Of a DNA stretch of 64,000 bases, positions 20,601 to 64,000 are shown one piece after another; positions within the stretch are counted from its first letter, which is position 1; every line of letters begins with the position of its first letter. Under the pieces are notes generated by a model. The model searched no databases. It saw only the letters and a program-made list of their open reading frames with translations, and was not told the origin of the DNA. The stretch is taken from the NCBI GenBank assembly GCA_039621445.1, contig CP154954.1, positions 47,967,847-48,031,846 on the forward strand, written 5' to 3'. The stretch is from Euglena gracilis (lineage: Eukaryota). The position numbers and the translations under genes are program-made.

Positions 20601-23135
20601 GGAAAGACTGTTTGGGGGTTGGTGGTGGAGAGTGCCAAGGGGGAACGTGCTTTTGGGGGGGTCTGTTTTTGGACTCTGGAAATTTGCAGCCAAAAAAAGT
20701 TGGCAGCATTCTTCCCTATCATTTGAAAAAAGGCCATTTTTGACCATGTAAAACATGTATAAAAAAAGCAAAAAAAAAACGATCACGTTTGGGGCAAATA
20801 CAAATCTAGGGCGTCAATTTTCCCCAAAAAAAATCCCAATGGGGATTTAAATAACTTCAGCAATTTTGATTTGATTTGGGACACCACAGCCCATTTGGAC
20901 GAACGAAGACGCCAAACGTCAGCCAGGTGCTGTGGAGGAGAGCCCCGGGCGAGGTGCTGGCAGTACTTCACCACCTCACGAAGGACGCTGTAGTGCAGGG
21001 ACCCCGTGAACTCGATGACCCGCAGGCCGGGGGACTTCAACAGCAGCAGCCCCAGCACGCCGGCCTGCTTCTCCTCCCAGCGGTCCCCGGCGATGGACCC
21101 CGCCAGCGGTGGGCGGAGCGAGCACGGGGGAAGTGGCGGGTCCGCACACGTGTCAAACGGTGGGCGAATGCGGGGGTGGGCGGCAAATGCGCACACCCCG
21201 ACTCATCCCCAGGACTGGCTTCATTTGGCTGGGGCACCAACCCCCACCCTCGTTAAACTGCGACCAGACAGGCCGGCAAGTGGCTCCGACACTTTCCTGG
21301 GCGGGGGGACCCCCCGTTCGCCAGGGACGCCGGATTCCCCGAGAATGGGGGTGCCCTGGAATGGAGTGCGGGGTGGAGGTCGACACTGCCAGACTGCCAG
21401 CCGGGGGGTGGCCTGGCCCCCCCGCTGGCCAGCTTCGTCACCGCCATCACCTGCTGGGCGAGGCCAACGAGGAACACCATCGTGCGGGGCGTGGGCGACC
21501 GGAACCGCAGGTCGGCGGGAGGTGGGCCCCGTTTGGGCTCCGGGGGCCATCCCTACCTCCCCCTCCCCCATCCAGAACACTGACTCCTGACAGCAGATAC
21601 TGCGTTCCTCGCCCCATTGCCCCGTACCGCGTGTGTTGTCGATTGTCATGGAAGGTCGTTGGGTTTTTTGACTTTGGCTGGCCGTCCCTGACAGCTCCCC
21701 GGGCATGCCCCAGGGGAGGGGTTTTTGGTTTTGTGGCCAAACCTGGGAAACTGTCCGCGCCGTCCGACCTGCCACGGTTTCCAAAAACCATTCACTCACC
21801 TTTTCCGGAAAACCAGCCAGTCTCAACCCCCCGGAGGTGCACACTCTGGAATCCAAGGGAAAATTGACGACAGGTTTAAAGAAACTGTCCGAGAAAAAAT
21901 TCCAAAGGCGGGCCACTTTGGTGGTTTATCCAACCCCTGCACCCACAGGGCGGGGGTGGGTTGCCATTTGGGGATTGCTTATATTTGGGTGTTGGGCAAA
22001 AATTGGCCAGAAGGCTGCCTGCATTTGTGGATAGCTTGTTTACTTATATATGACTTATATATGCGGGGGGGGGGGTGTTGCACACCAATTTGGCCTGTTC
22101 CCCCTTAATGTTGGCACGCCATATGCCACTCCAAACAACCAGTGAGTTACCCCCTCCCCCCCCCGGGGGGAGGTCAGCCAGAGACTAAGTGATTGGCTTA
22201 GTGTTACGGTCGAGGTGTGGGGGGCGCCTCGGCAAGGGCAGCGGTGCAGTGGAGGAGGCGGTGCGTCGCTCGGTGCCACTCGGAGGACAGGAGGCACAGC
22301 ACCTGCACAAAGGGCAGCCCCAAGTACCTGAACCATGGATTCACTGAAGGAGCTCCATGGGGGGAGGGCAATTCCCCCTGGGCCAAAACCTACCCACCCA
22401 CTTGTGTGAAACACACCCACGACGACCCCCCCCCACGCCACCCATCCAGAAACCCACCCAGAATTAGCTGAACCCCTCAAAAAACTGGAGATCCATTGCG
22501 AACCCCCCCGGGGTCCAACACCTCCAACCCACCCACCCACCTGCCCGCCCACCCACTTTCGAAAAACCCCCAGGGGAGGGGCCACACCCGCAGTCAGTGA
22601 ATCCATAACCCGAACACCAGCTCCAGCAAGAAGTCTGGCGGAACAGGCCGCGGCACGGGGGAAAGGTTTCCGAGAAAGGGTGGGCGAGCACAAAGGCCCA
22701 CATGTGACTGCAGGTGTCATGAGCATGGTGGGGCAGGGGATGGGCAACCCAGATGACCGGAACAAAGGGGAAGAATGAAGTGTCTCTCAAAGGGACCCCC
22801 AGAGTTTTGCAAGGCACGGTTTTTGCCGGGGCAGCCCCATGCGTGAAAAACAAAAAAAACCGTAATATTTTCTGAACATTATTGGGGGGCATTTGGACTT
22901 GCCAAGGGTGCAATCCTTTAGAGTTTTAGGTGGAAAGCAAGACCTTGCACAACACAACACAGCCTTGAGGACTATCCTGTGTTCTCCCCCCAAACACACA
23001 CACACACACAATCCCTTTGAAGGCAGCCACCAAGGACAGAGGCCGGGGCAGAGGCTGGGGCCCGGGCGGGGGGTCGAGGCTGCAGCGGGGCGAAGCGGTG
23101 GCCTCGCGCCGCGCCGCCTTGCGATGCGGCTTCAT
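64..23135 (-). CDS. Multi-exon gene: F-box + LRR-like region + PKA regulatory-subunit-like module (inhibitor motif and two CNB-homology domains); 3' end probably runs off the window start
   Basis: Minus-strand exons join in frame into F-box-like VPPDFLLELVFGYLGLPFVQVLCLLSSEWHR, LRR-like segments (LRVIEF, LAELRLGG, LRELCVS, LERLEIS, LRRLELY, LQQLDL) and RRTEV...FPKSANDTFALIH-ALRDNYLF...CNB-A...CNB-B. The candidate ATG at 23135 follows a pyrimidine tract and an AG at 23197-23198. The link across 11250-15100 is not resolved. Confidence 0.65.
217..951 (-). other. Intermediate intron (GC-AG with terminal stem)
   Basis: The 5' end GCCCTCTCAT pairs with the 3' end ATGAGGGGGC(AG), with +1 opposite -3; removal restores the frame. 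Confidence 0.75.
952..995 (-). CDS. Exon: CNB-B final strand and hinge (MHVAKLDRKTFELLL)
   Basis: Follows a ctctcaacag acceptor in phase 0; matches the PKA-R 'AKLDR..FE.LLGP' pattern. Confidence 0.8.
1050..1365. mobile_element. hAT-like MITE
   Basis: 12-bp TIR CATACCATTGCT/AGCAATGGTATG; flanks GTTGCGGC (1042-1049) and GTTGTGGC (1366-1373) form an 8-bp TSD with 1 mismatch. Confidence 0.75.
2181..2622. mobile_element. hAT-like MITE, copy 1 of a family also present at 35062
   Basis: 18-bp TIR CAGGGTTCGATATAAGGA/TCCTTATATCGAACCCTG; perfect 8-bp TSD TTCTGCGT (2173-2180, 2623-2630). Confidence 0.92.
2966..3055 (-). CDS. Exon: CNB-B ligand cassette (IRKLGRLTLIGENEFLTGQSPLYDCKAVTP)
   Basis: tctctggcag acceptor, GTATGC donor, 90 nt, phase 0; GExEFL...D motif at the phosphate-binding-cassette position. 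Confidence 0.85.
3452..3490 (-). CDS. Exon: CNB-B loop (IRKHTDEADASVP)
   Basis: Preceded by the nonconventional 3' end TTGCCACA and followed by a GTGTGC donor; in frame with its neighbours. Confidence 0.55.
3491..4301 (-). other. Nonconventional intron
   Basis: 5' TGGCAG pairs with 3' TTGCCA(CA); CAG at +4; joins VVGR to IRKHTD in frame. Confidence 0.55.
4302..4325 (-). CDS. Small exon in CNB-B (GIYEVVGR; 5' boundary uncertain)
   Basis: Aligns with the 'G.V.VVGR' segment expected after the FYII/LYII strand. Confidence 0.45.
4592..5721. mobile_element. Degenerate TIR element containing a nested MITE
   Basis: Ends CCAGGCGTTGCTTAG and CTAAACAACGCCTTG(G) are imperfect inverted repeats; no clear TSD. 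Confidence 0.4.
4972..5596. mobile_element. hAT-like MITE (nested)
   Basis: TIR CAGGGATGGATGGGAAGCC/GGCTTCCCATCCATCCCTG; perfect 8-bp TSD GGGCCGGG (4964-4971, 5597-5604). Confidence 0.88.
5751..5984 (-). CDS. Three micro-exons forming the start of CNB-B (VLSLQELHYLVEAF / DRVRLQPEDHLLRA / GAITHVFLLD)
   Basis: The pieces lie in different frames and are reconciled by stem-forming introns 5851-5942 and 5784-5808; the product aligns with PKA-R 'L...E...IADAL....F..GE.II.QG....FYII'. Confidence 0.65.
5851..5942 (-). other. Nonconventional intron (92 nt)
   Basis: CCCCAGGACCCCT...AGGGCCCTGCTCCCC; no GT/AG; removal gives EAFDRVRLQ in frame (position can slide within the C runs). Confidence 0.65.
6838..6950 (-). 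CDS. Exon: CNB-A end and A-B linker (AVRTYGMKRKVYRRLLAFLGKQRIQTFVRCLAQSSFAH)
   Basis: cccgcag acceptor in phase 1, GTGCGC donor; resembles PKA-R 'LWAIDR.TYRRIL....KR..Y..FL'. Confidence 0.82.
7150..7219 (-). CDS. Exon: CNB-A ligand cassette, degenerate (GNTLGSRAMKNCTSALSTVQAKT)
   Basis: Same length as the canonical 'G.SFGELALLYNTPRAATV.AKT'; GTGTG donor at 7149. Confidence 0.78.
7220..7502 (-). other. Nonconventional intron with TSD-like direct repeat
   Basis: 5' GGCCAGGCGATGTGC pairs with 3' GCACCGCCTGGACCC; CAG at +4, CTG at -8; joins VLGP to GNTLG in frame. Confidence 0.8.
7503..7702 (-). CDS. Two exons of CNB-A (GAAPVATTWFYVIMEGQ / ESHVNGTFVRVLGP) separated by a ~100-nt stem-forming intron with an ambiguous junction
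   Basis: cggcag acceptor in phase 1 at 7703; FYVIMEG and VNG..V..LGP are CNB hallmarks. Confidence 0.75.
9226..9337 (-). CDS. Exon: CNB-A start (ALRDNYLFSEMDSLELHLMIDALQEVTFEAGTLIFEEG)
   Basis: cccag acceptor, GTGTGG donor; typical N-x-LF..L....L..IIDAM....F.AG..I..EG. Confidence 0.9.
10597..10767 (-). CDS. Exon: acidic linker, inhibitor motif RRTEV and FPKS segment of a PKA-R-like protein
   Basis: 171 nt, cccag acceptor, GTATGC donor; RRxxV followed by PKS about 20 residues later, immediately before CNB-A, as in PKA-R. Confidence 0.8.
11101..11246 (-). CDS. Exon(s) upstream of the linker (...MAVEDEAYSAAGLAQYRLGDCLW)
   Basis: GC3-rich coding-like sequence, cccgcag acceptor near 11247, GT donor at 11100; it may contain a further small intron. 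Confidence 0.5.
11830..13120. repeat. Higher-order minisatellite
   Basis: ~32-bp CAAATCCCTTGTGTTTCCAAGTCGTTTTGGGGG units interleaved with ~45-bp AAATCCCTTCTGTTGCTCAACTGTTCGAGGGCCCCAAAATAAC units; period ~112-115 bp. Confidence 0.9.
13175..13540. repeat. Array of 22-bp palindromes GAGGATGCTCATGAGCATCCTC (also at 11733-11830)
   Basis: Repeated perfect or near-perfect palindromes with short, related linkers. Confidence 0.85.
15135..21510 (-). CDS. About a dozen LRR-region exons of the F-box/LRR protein (approx. 21400-21510, 20950-21110, 20190-20390, 19870-19990, 19650-19800, 19250-19530, 18720-18925, 17760-17910, 17190-17390, 16830-16990, 15840-15990, 15135-15270)
   Basis: GC-rich coding islands such as SPGLRVIEFTGSLHYSVLREVVKYCQHL, LLAGCPRLAELRLGG, AFPQLRELCVS, WAQLERLEISAPCAFSRADCERIAHSVPRLQCLRL and LLGTCFGLRRLELY fit the FBXL-type 'L..CP.L..L.L' pattern. 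Boundaries are approximate. Confidence 0.65.
16170..16400. repeat. (CA)n followed by (CACAC)n microsatellite
   Basis: Directly visible; explains the spurious THTH/TTPHH ORFs. Confidence 0.95.
17570..17645. repeat. (CA)n(GA)n microsatellite
   Basis: Directly visible. Confidence 0.95.
18096..18352. mobile_element. hAT-like MITE
   Basis: Ends CAGGGGCTTTTTTAAG / CTTAAAAA...CCCTG; flanks GTTCCGAC and GTTCCAAC form an 8-bp TSD with 1 mismatch. Confidence 0.78.
22208..22645 (-). CDS. F-box motif split over two exons (VPPDFLLELVFG / YLGLPFVQVLCLLSSEWHRATHRLL)
   Basis: GT-AG intron 22328-22609 in phase 2; the product matches the F-box pattern LP.ELL..IF.YL......L..VC..W. Confidence 0.72.
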
Positions 23136-23253
23136 CGGCGCAGGGCGCCGCACCCCGCTGGGCAGCGGGGCGGCCCCAGGCAGGGAGGGGAGTCACCTGG
23201 GACGGCCGGCCGGAGAATGCAAAAAAAATAAAACGCATATAAACAAATATATA

Positions 23254-23422
23254 CCTACCCCCCCCCCTGGGAAACTGTCACCTGACAGGTTGGCCGGTAC
23301 CGGGGACCCTGACAACTTCCTATACTGACAGGTTGGCCGGTACCGGGGACCCTGACAGTTTCCCGGGCGGGACCCTGACAGGTTCTCGGGCATGACAGTT
23401 TCCCGGGGGGGGGGGGGGTAGG
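23254..23422. mobile_element. MITE with TA target duplication (Tc1/mariner-like); related degenerate copy at ~1676-2130
   Basis: TIR CCTAC(C)n-TGGGAAACTGTCA / TGACAGTTTCCC(G)n-TAGG flanked by TA on both sides; internal CTGACAGGTTGGCCGGTACCGGGGACCCTGACA duplicated. Confidence 0.7.
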
Positions 23423-24542
23423 TAATAAAATATATAAATATACATATATACATATATATACATATACATATATATAATACCGCAGGGACAGGCGGAGTTG
23501 CGATACGGGGGTCGACACGTGCTCATCACCCACTATTGCGTCAACAACACCAGAGTCGGTGCAATGACTGACTCTGGTCATTGTACAGACTCTGTGCAAT
23601 GACCGGAGTATGACACAGAGTGCTGCACAGTACTCCGGTCGCATTGCACATCGGTCAAAAAAAGATTCCGAAAAACGCTGCCTCTGCCGGTGCTACTGAA
23701 CAAAAAGGGTCTCCTGGTCTTGGGAATGTGAGGCCCCAAAATCGTCGCAGCCCATTGGCCAACGGGTCCTTGTCCAGGCGAAGTGCTTCTGTCCTGGAGG
23801 GTGGTTTGAAACCGCCATTTCCCACAGGCAATTTCACATTCCCGCAGGATCAATGTGTAAAAACCACCAAGCATTTTATTTTTCGCCATTTTTGACCCTT
23901 TTTAAGAAAATTTCTCAATGCTTTGCACCAACAATTTTTTCGGTCCAAAGCCGGGCTGGACCCAACTACATTTCAGGAGACCATGAGGGGGGGGCAGGGT
24001 CTGCAGCCTGGTTGAGAGGTGCTGGCTGGAAAAAATGTGCTGGCTGGCTCCCCCCCCTGACCTGGGGGTAAGGTCCCCTCCGGCTTAAGAAAACCCTGCT
24101 GATGATGGTGCCCACAAAAGCAGACAAACAAAAGAGAGAAAATACTAAAATATAAGGGAGCTGCTACCAAAAGCGAATCACCCGTCAGCATTCAGTAGGA
24201 CTGCTGGTAGTGGTAGTAGTAGTAGTAGCAGCAGGTTTGCCTTGCATCCCAGCGATTTGGGAAATGAAGACTAGGACCAGAGTGCACAAAACGGCAATGA
24301 AGAACAAAACTTACACTTGAAACCTGCCTAACATGGGCCCAATTTTCTACGGTGGCTGCAAGGGGATGCAGCTACGATGTTATTATGTACATTGGTGCAG
24401 TGTGGCAATCGGCGAGAGTTGCGCAGGGTGGCGAGAGCCACCTGGGGGGGGGGGCGAAGGGGGGGTAAGTGCCGCCAACAGTTAGCGCGCCACAGTTCCC
24501 CTCCTGGGGTTGGAAGTTTAGTCAGCCGCCAGGCGACTGGGG

Positions 24543-63690
<39,148 letters not shown>

Positions 63691-64000
63691 CAATGCTTTG
63701 CTGACAGCCTCCCGAGGAGTGTCCTGGTGAAAACTTCAGTCAGACCGACCCTGCCACCACCAGGCCTCTTTTCACCAACGCCAAGGTCGGTGGGGGGGGT
63801 GCCTTGTTCTAAGGGGAGGAGGCAGGTAGCTGTACGCGACTTTTTGCCAAGACAAAAAATTCCAGTTTTGCAGAAAAACGAAGAAGCTTGTATAATTTTG
63901 CTACAAGTACATCATTCAGAACATTAATTTTTTTCAAAATACTATGGCATAATCTCTGATGTGCGAGGCTGCAAATTAATCAGCAATGCACGTGGATCAC

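Overview
This is eukaryotic nuclear DNA, very probably from a euglenid (Euglena-like). Short GC-rich exons are separated both by ordinary GT-AG introns and by euglenid-type nonconventional introns, whose ends base-pair in a fixed register (+1 with -3; typically CAG at +4..+6 with CTG at -8..-6). Nearly all entries in the ORF track are artefacts of GC content, microsatellites or unspliced introns. Two intron-rich genes lie on the minus strand. (1) ~23135 to <64: an F-box, LRR-like exons, a PKA-regulatory-subunit-like inhibitor motif (RRTEV) and two cyclic-nucleotide-binding-homology (CNB) domains. The B pocket (GENEFLTGQSPLYD) has the kinetoplastid nucleoside-binding signature rather than the cAMP one, and the A pocket is degenerate. 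That the F-box/LRR part and the CNB part form one transcript is inferred, not proven. (2) >63690 to 24543: a giant Ala/Glu/Gln/Arg-rich coiled-coil protein containing a ~15-kb array of ~14 near-identical 1.15-kb two-exon/two-intron units (139 aa each). The introns contain many MITEs, several with CAG...CTG ends and 8-bp target-site duplications (hAT-like), plus foldback elements with telomere-like motifs, a minisatellite and microsatellites. The hAT MITE geometry (3+5 = 8 nt) matches the nonconventional intron geometry exactly, and one intron retains a 7/8 TSD-like repeat. All splice junctions were inferred by eye from frame, stem pairing and domain alignment, with no RNA evidence.
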